64,000 nucleotides of DNA from Candidatus Hodarchaeota archaeon. GTDB taxonomy: Archaea > Asgardarchaeota > Lokiarchaeia > Sigyniarchaeales > SOKP01. Below are positions 29,225 through 38,224 of this stretch, in pieces (within the stretch, counting starts at the first letter, position 1; each line of letters opens with the position of its first letter). The notes beneath the pieces were generated by a model. The model was not told the DNA's origin, made no database searches, and saw nothing but the letters and a program-made list of their open reading frames with translations. Location of the stretch: positions 114,486 through 178,485 of the forward strand of contig JBHLKM010000004.1 in assembly GCA_048886685.1 (NCBI GenBank), in the 5' to 3' direction. A program made the translations under genes and the position numbers.

Positions 29225-30190
29225 TTAAAATCTAATTACATCAATAGACTCTTCTTTTCCATTATTTATCCTCAGAAGATTTGGATCTTTAATAATATTT
29301 CCTATAATATTAGCATTTAACCCATATTCTTGAAATGTTTCTATAATTTCTTCGCAGTTTATTTCAGGGGCAGTCAATAGAAATGAGGTAGTTAAATACA
29401 TTTGAATATAGGTTTCTAAATTATATCCATTATCCTGTAATTTTGGGGGAATTTTAATTTTTGATATATTCACATCTGCTCCTACATTTGAATAATTTAT
29501 CATTTGAAATAGTGTTCCAAAAATTCCACCATTAGATATGTCTTTTGATGCATTGGCTAGATGTTTTTGCGCAATCATATTCATAGCTTTTCTCTTTCTT
29601 AAAACTTCTTCGGAACTTTTAAAAGTGGTAGTATCATAATATAGGTTGCTTGCTTTACCCTTTTTTCCATCGAAATCAACTGCTAATATAATATTATCTC
29701 CTACTTGTGCATTTCCTGCAGAAATGTAATCTTCCTTTTTAATTTCACCAATCATTGTAGAACTTAACTCATAACATTTTCCATGGACGTTAGTATGTCC
29801 TCTAATAATCGGAACATTAAATTTCTGGGAACCCGCACATATTCCTTCAAGCAATTCTTTACAGATATCTGGTTCTTTCACTGAAATAATTATGCTTGCT
29901 GCTAATGGGACTCCCCCACATGCATAAATATCATCTACACTAACCAGAATTGAGCTAAAACCAGCACCAAATGGGAAATTTTCGATAAAAGTAGTTTTTA
30001 TTCTATCTGTAGTAACCAGTATATATTTATCATCATCTTTTATAGTGGCAGCGTCTTCACCTATATCTGTGAATATATTTGCACTTTTAAACGAATTTTT
30101 GTCAATAAATTGAACTATAGGACTAATTTGTCGCTTTTCTAGAATGTATTGATTATTTTTAATGCTATTAGCAATCTTTTTAAGTGTCAT
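29225..30190 (-). CDS. AIR-synthase/PurM-like protein (methanogenesis marker 2-like)
   Basis: IGEDAA, VSVDDIYACGG, VPIIRGHT, ASKDISNGG. Confidence 0.8.
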   Translation of the reverse strand: MTLKKIANSIKNNQYILEKRQISPIVQFIDKNSFKSANIFTDIGEDAATIKDDDKYILVTTDRIKTTFIENFPFGAGFSSILVSVDDIYACGGVPLAASIIISVKEPDICKELLEGICAGSQKFNVPIIRGHTNVHGKCYELSSTMIGEIKKEDYISAGNAQVGDNIILAVDFDGKKGKASNLYYDTTTFKSSEEVLRKRKAMNMIAQKHLANASKDISNGGIFGTLFQMINYSNVGADVNISKIKIPPKLQDNGYNLETYIQMYLTTSFLLTAPEINCEEIIETFQEYGLNANIIGNIIKDPNLLRINNGKEESIDVIRF

Positions 30191-30208
30191 CTATGAATTT
30201 AATATGAA

Positions 30209-30555
30209 GTTATTAATAAATAACTGAGTAAAATTACTCGGTTTACTTATTTATACTTAATATTGTTATTAATAAATAACTGAGTAAAAATACCCAGTTT
30301 ACTTAATTATAGTTATATAAAGTTATTAATAAATAACTGAGTAAAATTACCCAGTTTACTTATTTATACTTAATATAGTTATTAATAAATAACTGAGTAA
30401 AATTACCCAGTTTACTTATTTATACTTAATATTGTTATTAATAAATAACTGAGTAAAATTACCCAGTTTACTTATTTATACTTAATATTGTTATTATAAA
30501 TTAAATACGTTAAATAACATTATTTACTTAATTTTAAGTTATTTTGTTTAAGTTT
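30209..30555 (+). repeat. 56-57 bp tandem repeat array (5 near-identical units + 1 degenerate), each with a 22-bp imperfect palindrome
   Basis: Unit GTTATTAATAAATAACTGAGTAAAATTACCCAGTTTACTTATTTATACTTAATATT at 30209, 30265, 30322, 30378 and 30434; degenerate unit from 30490. Confidence 0.97.
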
Positions 30556-30583
30556 AGTTTAAATCATCAATAAAAACTAAAAT

Positions 30584-32779
30584 CTAAGCAATTAAGGGGA
30601 CACTTTTATCTATGAAGATTTTGGTTATCATAAGCTCAAGAGAAGGAATATCTTTTACTTGAATTTCCTTATTTAACCGGTAAAAATCCCTAAAAGTCTG
30701 CCAGGCATCTTTATCTTTCTGTAATTCGTCAATGAAATATCTAATCCTCTGTTGTGCCGAATATGATTGCCCCTTGTATACATAACACATCAGAAAGGGT
30801 GAAACAGAGTTCATTAGGAGAGTATGTTCACCAAAAGTAGCTCGATCAAGCCCCTCAGAGAATTTTTCATTTATAAATGAATTAATTGCTGTAAAGAAAC
30901 TCCCAAGTAGATCATTCTCCAAAGACCATTGTTCAGTAAATGATTGAGAGAATATTGGTATTCCCCCTTCTGAGACAACTAAAAGTAGAACAGGATCTTC
31001 ATCTGAAAGTTGAGGAGCTTCCACTACTCGCCTTCTGATCATATTCTCCAATTGTTCATTTAATCGAGCAAATTCTATACGATCTTTTATTGATGAACTT
31101 GATTCTTTTAAACTCTCCCATACATTTAATTGTTTTAGAAGATCATCATGTTCATTTGAAATTTTTATAGCTAGCAATTTAAGACCGAATTTTTCGGCGA
31201 TTTGCTGAGCTTGAGTTAAAAATCGCTGAGCCTCCTTCATATCAAAGGTTAATAGAGATAATTTAGCTTTTAACAAGTAAGTTTCGCATTGAACCGAGAA
31301 AGAACCCGTATTTTCGGCAATATTTAATAATTGAGCAATAAGAGGTTTGATTTCCTCCAGTACCTCTAAGTCGTTAGTCATTCGTAACTCGGTTAAGAGC
31401 AATTCACATAAGTTAGTTAGTGTTTTTATTGTTAGCTCGTAATCTTCATCCTTATCTTCAAGAATTTGCTTCAATACTTTCTCGGATTCAGCTCTATTCT
31501 GAGCTCGAGTGCTCGTTTTCAGCAATAAAGCTTTATTTAAGAGATACCTCAAATTATAATCTTTTTCTTTAAGCTGATTGTTTAGTTGTTCATAACGGTG
31601 AAGAAATTGTTGCGATCGTTCAAGGTCTCCCTTTTCAATTAATGTTTGAATTAAATAATCGTAAATACTAGCCAGACGTCTTAAATTTCCCGAATCTTCA
31701 TATAGCGCCAAGCATTGTTCTATACACTCTAAAGCACGATCTAATTCTCCTCTCTGTCTATAGGCTTCCCCCATATTATTAAGAACACCAGCAATCCACC
31801 TTTTAATGTTAAGGTCACTGAAAATTGTCAACGCTTGCTCATAAAGCTTAATACCACGATCCAAATCACCTTTAAATATATATACTGCTGCCATACTATA
31901 AAAAGAAAATCCGATAAGCCATTTAATGCCACTTTCCTCGGCGATAATCATTCCTCGTTCCAGGGTTTTTAAAGCACGATCTAATTCTCCTCTCCTTATA
32001 TAGGCTAAGCCCCTATTGTTAAGATGAATTCCGATCATAAATTCATTGTTAATACTATTGAAAACTGCTAAACCCCGATCCGAAAACATTAAACCAAGCT
32101 CCAAATCACCTTTACCATAATACTTAACAGACATACTACTCAAAGAATATCCGATAACCCATTTATTACCACTTTCCTCGGCAAGTGGCCTAGCTTGCTT
32201 GGAAAATTTTAAAGCTTGATCATAATCGGATTTCAAAAAAGTATATACCCAAGAAATTGCTATAAGGGTAATAGTCATATCCTTTTTAGCGTTAAGTTCT
32301 TCTCGTAACGCTAAACTATACCCAAGATGCTTTAATGCTTGATCAGCTTCATCTATTAATATGTAATACCAACCCTTAAGATAAGCTAAATAAGCCTTTC
32401 TTTTCTTATAATCTTCTGATATCTCTTGCGGTGAAACCTTTAGCAGTCCTTCTACTTGTTTAATAATATTGTTAAGTTTATCCGATTGTTTATGCCATAC
32501 TAAAGCATCGGCCATTCTAAGTAAGATATCGACTGACAGGAGGTTTTTTTCTAATCCTAAACTCTCTTTATATGTTTGTTCAGCAAGTGTAATAACATCT
32601 TTATGTAAACCTCTCCAAAATAAAAGATCACATTTGAGGAGATGAGATAAAACAATACTATGAAGAGAGTGTCCTCCCTTTTCCTCGAAGTTTTTAAGTA
32701 ATTGATTCGCTTCATCTAATTTACATTCTTCAAGGAGTTGTTTTATAAGAATTAATTCCTTAGGTTCTAAATAAGACAT
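30584..32779 (-). CDS. TPR-repeat protein with C-terminal longin-like domain
   Basis: 40-aa TPR units (RGELDRAL twice, KGDL twice); C-terminal LLVVSEGGIPIFSQSF...LLGSFFTAINSF. Paralogue of 5305-7269. Confidence 0.9.
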   Translation of the reverse strand: MSYLEPKELILIKQLLEECKLDEANQLLKNFEEKGGHSLHSIVLSHLLKCDLLFWRGLHKDVITLAEQTYKESLGLEKNLLSVDILLRMADALVWHKQSDKLNNIIKQVEGLLKVSPQEISEDYKKRKAYLAYLKGWYYILIDEADQALKHLGYSLALREELNAKKDMTITLIAISWVYTFLKSDYDQALKFSKQARPLAEESGNKWVIGYSLSSMSVKYYGKGDLELGLMFSDRGLAVFNSINNEFMIGIHLNNRGLAYIRRGELDRALKTLERGMIIAEESGIKWLIGFSFYSMAAVYIFKGDLDRGIKLYEQALTIFSDLNIKRWIAGVLNNMGEAYRQRGELDRALECIEQCLALYEDSGNLRRLASIYDYLIQTLIEKGDLERSQQFLHRYEQLNNQLKEKDYNLRYLLNKALLLKTSTRAQNRAESEKVLKQILEDKDEDYELTIKTLTNLCELLLTELRMTNDLEVLEEIKPLIAQLLNIAENTGSFSVQCETYLLKAKLSLLTFDMKEAQRFLTQAQQIAEKFGLKLLAIKISNEHDDLLKQLNVWESLKESSSSIKDRIEFARLNEQLENMIRRRVVEAPQLSDEDPVLLLVVSEGGIPIFSQSFTEQWSLENDLLGSFFTAINSFINEKFSEGLDRATFGEHTLLMNSVSPFLMCYVYKGQSYSAQQRIRYFIDELQKDKDAWQTFRDFYRLNKEIQVKDIPSLELMITKIFIDKSVPLIA

Positions 32780-32832
32780 ATTTTTTCCTAGAAATTATTG
32801 AATCAGATAGCTTGGTATTATCACTTTTTAAT

Positions 32833-32956
32833 TACAAGTTACATATTAAGAATATTACACTTTAAAATATAGGTACATGTGTAGAAATACAAATTCTACT
32901 TAAATATAGGATACCATCACCTTTAGTTTAAGTATTCATCTAAAAAAGTAACTAAA
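32833..32956 (-). promoter_or_regulatory. Conserved upstream non-coding block of the TPR gene (copy 2)
   Basis: Ungapped match to 7310-7433. Confidence 0.7.
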
Positions 32957-32967
32957 AAAATTAAAAT

Positions 32968-33051
32968 TACGTATTTATATATTAATAACTTTATAAAGTA
33001 TAATTAAGTAAAGTGGGTAATTTTACACACTTATTAATAAATAATAATAAC
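32968..33051 (-). repeat. Inverted copy (plus inner degenerate part-copy) of the 56-bp repeat
   Basis: AAGTATAATTAAGTAAAGTGGGTAATTTTACACACTTATT matches the reverse complement of the array unit; core at 33011-33032. Confidence 0.85.
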
Positions 33052-33095
33052 AATAAAAAAAAAAATATATTTTTTAACAAATACTTATTTTAAAT

Positions 33096-33329
33096 TTACT
33101 CTCCGCGTCCAACGAACTTTTCAAATATAAATGCGACAATACATATAATACCTGAAATGAGAATCCCAATAGGTGCGAAACCAATAGTAGTTTCACCCAT
33201 CGCAATATTTTCTGAATCAAATACAATATATAAGATTGGAAATATAATCAGTGCAATTCCTACTAGTGCATAGACTAACCAATCCCATTTAAAATCCATA
33301 CCTTTCATATTATGGATTCCATAAAACAA
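33096..33329 (-). CDS. Small two-TM membrane protein
   Basis: 77 aa with two hydrophobic segments; probable start 33308. Lies between two repeat copies. Confidence 0.6.
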   Translation of the reverse strand: MFYGIHNMKGMDFKWDWLVYALVGIALIIFPILYIVFDSENIAMGETTIGFAPIGILISGIICIVAFIFEKFVGRGE

Positions 33330-33508
33330 TAAAACACTATATAAAACTATCGCATTCTCTCAATTGTGTTACAATCCAACTTTCTTTTTTATCTATTAAT
33401 TGCTTTTATTTCAATTGTATTACAAAAAATTATTTTTATAAAAATAACAAAGTAAAAACTTTTTCTTATTGTGTACACATTAAAAAAATATTTATTGATA
33501 AAGGTTAT

Positions 33509-33555
33509 GTAAAATTAAATAAAGTGAGTAAAATTACTCAGTTATTAATAATTAA
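33509..33555 (-). repeat. Further inverted copy of the 56-bp repeat core
   Basis: AAATAAAGTGAGTAAAATTACTCAGTTATTAATAA, core TGAGTAA-AA-TTACTCA. Confidence 0.8.
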
Positions 33556-33614
33556 TTTTGCTTAATTACTTTAAGAAATTTAAAATTTAAAACAAAAAAA
33601 AATTACTTCAAGCA

Positions 33615-35120
33615 ATGGAGGAATTATTCAAAACTTCAATTATCAAGGGATTAATTTTTTCATCTTACGGAGATTTAGGTCCACAACCAATTTATGTATG
33701 GCCTAAATATTATACCGATAAAGAGATAGAAATTGTTAAAGAAGAGAGGGAAAAACAAAACCTTCTCACTCTAACAACTAGAGATGTTACACAAATCTCA
33801 ATTAAAAACCTTAGTTTGTTTATTAGTGATAGAGCATTTACTCCAGATATAGATATTCAAGGTTTAATGTATTTTGCCATCTTACCTTATCCTGATTTCA
33901 ATGCAACATCTTTAACATATTTTCATTATATCAACACTGGTCCTTCTAACTCCCAGATTCCTACAGCTTTTTCAATCTTAGTTGATGAAATTAGTAGAAG
34001 TTTTTTATATAATAATATAAACAGAATTAAACCTATTGTTATTGAATTTTTTAAAACTTTTGATAATAAATTAACTGATGGGTTTCCACCTCAATTGGAG
34101 ATAGAATCTGCATTTCATGATTTATTCAAAAAAATTATAGAGATCGAAAGAAATCCATCAACTCCAATTACTACTCATCGAAAGATGAAGATTTTATTTG
34201 CTGGGCTTGACGATAGTGGTAAAACAAGTTTTTTACTTTCTGTAGATCGAAAATATAGTAAGTTGATTGGATTAAAACCTACTACTGGTGCTAGTATTAA
34301 ATCAATAGAAGCTTTAGGAGCAACAATCTTTTTATGGGATTTAGGTGGACAACTAGAATTTAGAAAAAAATACATTAGTAAAGCAGAAATATATTTATAT
34401 GAAGCAGATTTATTATTTTATTTTATTGATATCAGGAATAAAATTAGATTTGAAGAAAGTATTGAATATCTTCTTGATTTAAAAAGAGTCTTAAAACAAT
34501 TTAATCAAAATACTCCGATTATCTATATTCTATCAAAAGGGGATTCTGATATTATAAAAACTGGGGAAATTATAGAAAATATTGAAACTATTAGAAATAG
34601 TTTAACTGAAATTTCACCAGAAGAACCACCTGAAATATATGTGACTAGTATTTTTCAGATATTTACAATATTAAGAGCCTTCTCTTCAGGAATCTCAAAA
34701 TTAAGTCCTAACAGAAATCTTATCAATCATAATCTTAGGAATTTCTCTTTAAAAACTAACGCTTATTTAACTCTATTGTTAAGTGTAGATGGGTTGGTTT
34801 TAGCAGATTTCTATTCCCCAAAAGCGAAAAAATTGACAAGGTTACCTGAATCCGAGGAATTAGTTAATGTTTTTGAGATAACTGCCCCACAATTTGCTAT
34901 GTTATTCAAAATTTTCTCTAGATTCAAGGCACTACAGGAAGAAGAAGCAATCTTTAAAGTAGCAGATTCAGTGATACTTTTCAGAAGGGTTCAAGCAGCA
35001 GAAAACGATATGTTCATGTTATTTCTGATTGATAACGAAAAAAGAAAAGAAAAAATAAATGCTAAGCTAGTTGATTTCCTTGGTCAAACAAAAGATCTTT
35101 TATTAAGATATATTGCTTAA
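33615..35120 (+). CDS. uDENN/longin-like domain + Arf/Rag-like small GTPase + roadblock-like domain
   Basis: GLIFSSYGDLGPQPIYVWP; G1 GLDDSGKTS, G3 WDLGGQ, variant G4 SKGD; LLLSVDGLVLAD. Paralogue of 18658-20124. Confidence 0.85.
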   Translation: MEELFKTSIIKGLIFSSYGDLGPQPIYVWPKYYTDKEIEIVKEEREKQNLLTLTTRDVTQISIKNLSLFISDRAFTPDIDIQGLMYFAILPYPDFNATSLTYFHYINTGPSNSQIPTAFSILVDEISRSFLYNNINRIKPIVIEFFKTFDNKLTDGFPPQLEIESAFHDLFKKIIEIERNPSTPITTHRKMKILFAGLDDSGKTSFLLSVDRKYSKLIGLKPTTGASIKSIEALGATIFLWDLGGQLEFRKKYISKAEIYLYEADLLFYFIDIRNKIRFEESIEYLLDLKRVLKQFNQNTPIIYILSKGDSDIIKTGEIIENIETIRNSLTEISPEEPPEIYVTSIFQIFTILRAFSSGISKLSPNRNLINHNLRNFSLKTNAYLTLLLSVDGLVLADFYSPKAKKLTRLPESEELVNVFEITAPQFAMLFKIFSRFKALQEEEAIFKVADSVILFRRVQAAENDMFMLFLIDNEKRKEKINAKLVDFLGQTKDLLLRYIA

Positions 35121-35138
35121 ATAATAAGAGTTAATGAA

Positions 35139-36041
35139 TTAAAATATTACATTTAATGGGGTTTTTTCAGATATTTTTTCCCTTAATATTCTCTTTCTAT
35201 AATAGGAGTTAACGCCAGAGATTAATGCAACTGCAGGTACGGCACATTTTGCGAATTTTACAGGGCCAAATAATATGAAATCGCTTGGGGCACATGCACA
35301 ATAGGTCATAATAGAGGCTATTGCTCCACATCTAGGGATATCCCCATATTTCTTAACAAAATCCCATCCATAAATTGCATTTGAAGGAGCAAATCCCGTA
35401 GGTAAACCTAATTCACTTTTTACCATATGATTCGTTTCAAAATTTATTGAAATTGAAGGTAAATCTAATACAGCACTATCAATAATTATATTTTTAATAT
35501 TTGCTTTATTAGCTTTGGGAATTAATATTTCTTTTAACAATTTTAGTTTTTGATGAGGAAAAACATATTTACTTCCAAATGTTAGCAATACTGCATTTTT
35601 AACTCCAATTTCCTTTAATTTTTCAAGATTTTCTTCGTTAGTAGCGTCATCGATACTATTTAAGATAGCTCTATCAATTAAACCAATTTCCTTCAACCCT
35701 TCCATAGCGGGAATACGGGATGAATCATTTAACCCATCAACTAGAAAAGGATAATTTATTAAATCTGCCACAAATTCGCACTCTTTTAATAATGCATCGG
35801 GATATGCTCCAACGACATCCACTATTCCTTGCATTTTAGTTTCTTCTATAATCTCAGTAAATTCATTTAATTCTCTTTCCACAAGGAGTTTATCTATCTC
35901 ACCAGTTTTTTCATTTAATAAAGCTGCATGTTTCGAGTAGAAAACAGTGCCAACCATCACAATTGGATTTTCTCCTGGTTGTCCTCCTATCCTAATCTCA
36001 CCAATTTGAGCTACTTTTTGCTCAGATTCAAAATTTAGCAT
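35139..36041 (-). CDS. mtrH: Tetrahydromethanopterin S-methyltransferase subunit H-family protein (stand-alone)
   Basis: IGGQPGENPIVMVGTVFY, ILNSI, GLPTGFAPSNA, DFILFGPV. Confidence 0.85.
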   Translation of the reverse strand: MLNFESEQKVAQIGEIRIGGQPGENPIVMVGTVFYSKHAALLNEKTGEIDKLLVERELNEFTEIIEETKMQGIVDVVGAYPDALLKECEFVADLINYPFLVDGLNDSSRIPAMEGLKEIGLIDRAILNSIDDATNEENLEKLKEIGVKNAVLLTFGSKYVFPHQKLKLLKEILIPKANKANIKNIIIDSAVLDLPSISINFETNHMVKSELGLPTGFAPSNAIYGWDFVKKYGDIPRCGAIASIMTYCACAPSDFILFGPVKFAKCAVPAVALISGVNSYYRKRILREKISEKTPLNVIF

Positions 36042-36109
36042 AATTCATCACAGGATTTCTTCCATATTTATTTGATTAATAATAACTCAATTACTCTATT
36101 AAAGTTGAT

Positions 36110-37003
36110 TTAAGTTTTCTCTTTTGCAAATGGCTTGTTCTGCATAAGTAATTCAATGAAATTAGATATTTCATTATCAGGAATAAGCAAGAAGTTCCCT
36201 TCTACTGTGTATCCATATTCTTCAGACCATTTAACAATATCTTTTAAATATGTTTTCTTTTCCATTCTTAGAACTTTTCTTATTAGATTTAAATCAACTT
36301 TACCTGTTTCTTTTACAAGTTCCTTAACTTTTTTCTTTCTATTCTGTTTAACTGGTTCACTTACAAGTGTTCCTACATATATTATTGAAATAATAAATTC
36401 TGGAATCCACTTATGCATTAATAGTACGATTATAGCCGCTATAAAAGAGCTTGCCGCACTTATTGAGAAATGAATGTCTTCCCATGCATAGCCAATATTA
36501 TATAACTCAATTTGGATAAGCATTCTAATAATGTTGACAACATAAAAGATTATTGATGATATAATGAGCGCTTTGGTTTTTCGCCATATAACATCTCTTT
36601 TTGTGTCTGAATCTTGACTGTGGGGTGTAAAAATGATGACACCAGCAAATACGCATATTGCCTGAATCCCAGTACAGAATGTCTCGAAGGAAATATTTGA
36701 TTTCCCCGGAATTACAAAATCCCAGTGATATTTTCCTACGGGATTATAGACCGCGCTCGCATTCATATCAAAAAATAAATTTAGAAAATAAACTGTTTGT
36801 TTTACCACAATCTCATGAAGATAGTAGTTTATCTCTAAATCAAAGAACAGATAAATGAGGTAGGCAGATAAGGGGGCTCCAATAGCAAATATAACCAAAA
36901 ATCTAATAGAAAAAATATATTTTCGTTCATTATATTCAATTATTGGCTTTTTGATTTTTTTTATTCCTTCAATCTTTAACATTGAGTTTCTCCTCTTTAT
37001 CAT
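36110..37003 (-). CDS. Exosortase/archaeosortase-family membrane transpeptidase
   Basis: Cys-Arg-His triad motifs FCTGIQA, NIIRM, IHF; multi-TM. Probable start about 36982. Confidence 0.8.
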   Translation of the reverse strand: MIKRRNSMLKIEGIKKIKKPIIEYNERKYIFSIRFLVIFAIGAPLSAYLIYLFFDLEINYYLHEIVVKQTVYFLNLFFDMNASAVYNPVGKYHWDFVIPGKSNISFETFCTGIQAICVFAGVIIFTPHSQDSDTKRDVIWRKTKALIISSIIFYVVNIIRMLIQIELYNIGYAWEDIHFSISAASSFIAAIIVLLMHKWIPEFIISIIYVGTLVSEPVKQNRKKKVKELVKETGKVDLNLIRKVLRMEKKTYLKDIVKWSEEYGYTVEGNFLLIPDNEISNFIELLMQNKPFAKEKT

Positions 37004-37208
37004 TAAGCTGAGTAATTATATAATGAAATCTATCTACTATGATGTAATTTAAAATAATTAACAAGGGAATCATTACAAATCCGAAGATATAACTATTCCT
37101 TGTTTCTAATAGTGGAATAGTGAATCCAATAAGATATGCAAACAGTAAATTTATTGACAATAATAGCCATATATATACTTTCTTTAAAGTTATTTGCTCC
37201 ATGATCAT
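36969..37208 (-). CDS. Small two-TM protein overlapping the archaeosortase start
   Basis: 79 aa, two TM segments, apparently translationally coupled. Confidence 0.65.
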   Translation of the reverse strand: MIMEQITLKKVYIWLLLSINLLFAYLIGFTIPLLETRNSYIFGFVMIPLLIILNYIIVDRFHYIITQLNDKEEKLNVKD

Positions 37209-37517
37209 GATAACAACTATTTTAATATAAAAATGACAAATTAACCATCGATAAAAAACCTTTATTAGAAAGTGAAAATATTGCTTTCATTTATTTTTAT
37301 CTCTTATATAACTTTGGTAAATTGCTTAAAAGAGCTAATATTTACTCATTCATAATTTTTTTATATCTAAAATTTTTGTAGATACTTCAATTATGCCATA
37401 AACGGGATTTAAGTCTCATTTTGGGCAAATCTTAAGTAAAATATTATAGTTAAATAGAATGCAATCTTAATATGTTTATAAAAATCAAAGGTTATCATTA
37501 ATCTTCGGAGTTCTTTA

Positions 37518-38117
37518 ATGGTTCTTGAAATCCAAACTAGAGAAGATATAAGTAGTCTGACATATACTATTCAAAACATCGTTGTTAAATCATTTTTAAA
37601 AGTTGCCGAAGATCTTGATTTAGTATTATTATCAGAAAAATTGAAAAACTCACAATATGATAAAGATCGCTTTCCTGGGCTTTTTACGAGGTTTAGTCAT
37701 CCTAAAAGTGCCATTATAATTTTTAGAAATGGAAAGTTGATTCTAACGGGATTAAAAGCATTTTCTCATGTTGATCTAATAATTAATAGACTAATTTTAA
37801 AACTAAAAGAGATTTTTCCAATTGATATACAAATTGATTTAGTTGAAACTCAAATTGTCAATATAGTAGTAACCGCTGATTTTTCTAAGCCAATCAACTT
37901 AGATGCAGCGTCTATCAAACTAGAAAATGTTATTTATGAGCCAGAAGTTTTCCCTGGATTGACATATAATTCCTCTATTCCTGTGAAATCAGTATTTTTA
38001 ATATTCAGTACAGGGAAAGTTGTACTTACGGGAATTAGAGATAAAAATATGATTGAACCTGTATTAACTAACCTTGGACGATTGTTTAAAAAGGAGAAAT
38101 TATTTAAAAGTAGATAA
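37518..38117 (+). CDS. tbp: TATA-box binding protein (divergent)
   Basis: Two TBP repeats: IQNIV...RFPGL...IFRNGKLILTG and IVNIV...YEPEVFPGL...IFSTGKVVLTG. Confidence 0.9.
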   Translation: MVLEIQTREDISSLTYTIQNIVVKSFLKVAEDLDLVLLSEKLKNSQYDKDRFPGLFTRFSHPKSAIIIFRNGKLILTGLKAFSHVDLIINRLILKLKEIFPIDIQIDLVETQIVNIVVTADFSKPINLDAASIKLENVIYEPEVFPGLTYNSSIPVKSVFLIFSTGKVVLTGIRDKNMIEPVLTNLGRLFKKEKLFKSR

Positions 38118-38224
38118 AATAGTTTTTCAACAAAGTCAATAATTATTAAAAATAAAATTTTTAGTCAAAGAAATATAGTAATTTATGATAAATTAAAGTA
38201 AAAGATCTTTTTGGGAAAAATAAT

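Noticed and set aside
30209-30495. CRISPR array
   Set aside because: Whole 56-bp units are near-identical with no unique spacers, and there are no cas genes in the window.
5305-32779. TPR paralogues as DGR template/variable repeats
   Set aside because: No reverse transcriptase, and differences are not adenine-specific.
30209-33555. Integron attC sites or replication origin (ORB) repeats
   Set aside because: Ends do not fit RYYYAAC/GTTRRRY and no integrase is present. There is no ORB-type G-string and no cdc6/orc1 nearby.
29225-36041. Methanogenesis inferred from marker-2-like and MtrH genes
   Set aside because: Both families occur in non-methanogens, and no mcr or other mtr genes are in the window.
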